From positions 1,052,054 through 1,116,053 of the forward strand of contig CAVNZM010000001.1 in the NCBI GenBank assembly GCA_963693365.1: a stretch of DNA of 64,000 nucleotides, in the 5' to 3' direction. This DNA is from Amoebidium appalachense. Its lineage: Eukaryota > Protista > Ichthyosporea. Shown here piece by piece: positions 63,718 through 64,000 of this stretch. The notes beneath the pieces were generated by a model. It was not told the origin of the DNA. It made no database searches and worked only from the letters and a program-made list of their open reading frames with translations. The number at the start of each line of letters is the position of its first letter. Position 1 is the first letter of the stretch. The position numbers and the translations under genes are program-made.

Positions 63718-64000
63718 TCTTTTTCTCATCCTCTTCTCGCTGGGGTAAAAGCCAGCACGCCTTTACTGGCGTCATCACAACCATTGGCAGTGGTTAGGTT
63801 GTGATCTCAGGGCTAGCAAGATCGCTAGTCTCTGCACCAGGACAAAATCCAAAAAGGAGAGAATCAAAACTGAAGAGGCACACAACGACGGTTGCCTCTG
63901 AAGACTCGGAACAATAAATCATGGTGGTTATCGTCGATATATATATATAGAGGAAACACTAGTGTATGTGTGACGTGTTGGTGGCTAATGTTTTCTACTG

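Larger units (their letters stand above)
62234..63854 (+). mobile_element. TRIM (non-autonomous miniature LTR element) with tRNA-like sequence in its LTRs
   Basis: LTRs 62234-63484 (carrying two inserts) and 63566-63854 (289 bp), TSD AGGAG. The 81-bp interior has PBS-like TGGTAGCATG at 63485 and PPT GAGTGGGGA at 63557. Confidence 0.92.

Overview
Eukaryotic, transposon-dense 64 kb window (host not identifiable from sequence) consisting mostly of nested retroelements, with one clear host gene, an intronless NXPE/PC-esterase-like SGNH membrane protein at 37577-39184(-). It holds at least four Ty1/Copia LTR types (here A-D) with shared PPT AGTGGGGA and split half-tRNA-iMet-type PBSs. A chromodomain-bearing Ty3/Gypsy element (5117-31604) is interrupted by several later insertions. 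There are three related APE-RT non-LTR families (here alpha, beta, gamma), including one apparently full-length copy, plus a tRNA-headed SINE-like insert and many poly-G/C and CA/GA/TA tracts. Most notable: (1) all three LINE families end in TAAACCCC rather than poly(A), shown directly by TSD-flanked short copies; (2) a miniature LTR element (TRIM, Helenus-like) carries a 73-nt tRNA cloverleaf in each LTR, and its 5' LTR was hit twice by the C-tailed LINE; (3) two independent, very young Copia-A insertions share an in-frame deletion of the RT catalytic core. Family names are working labels and boundaries were read by eye.
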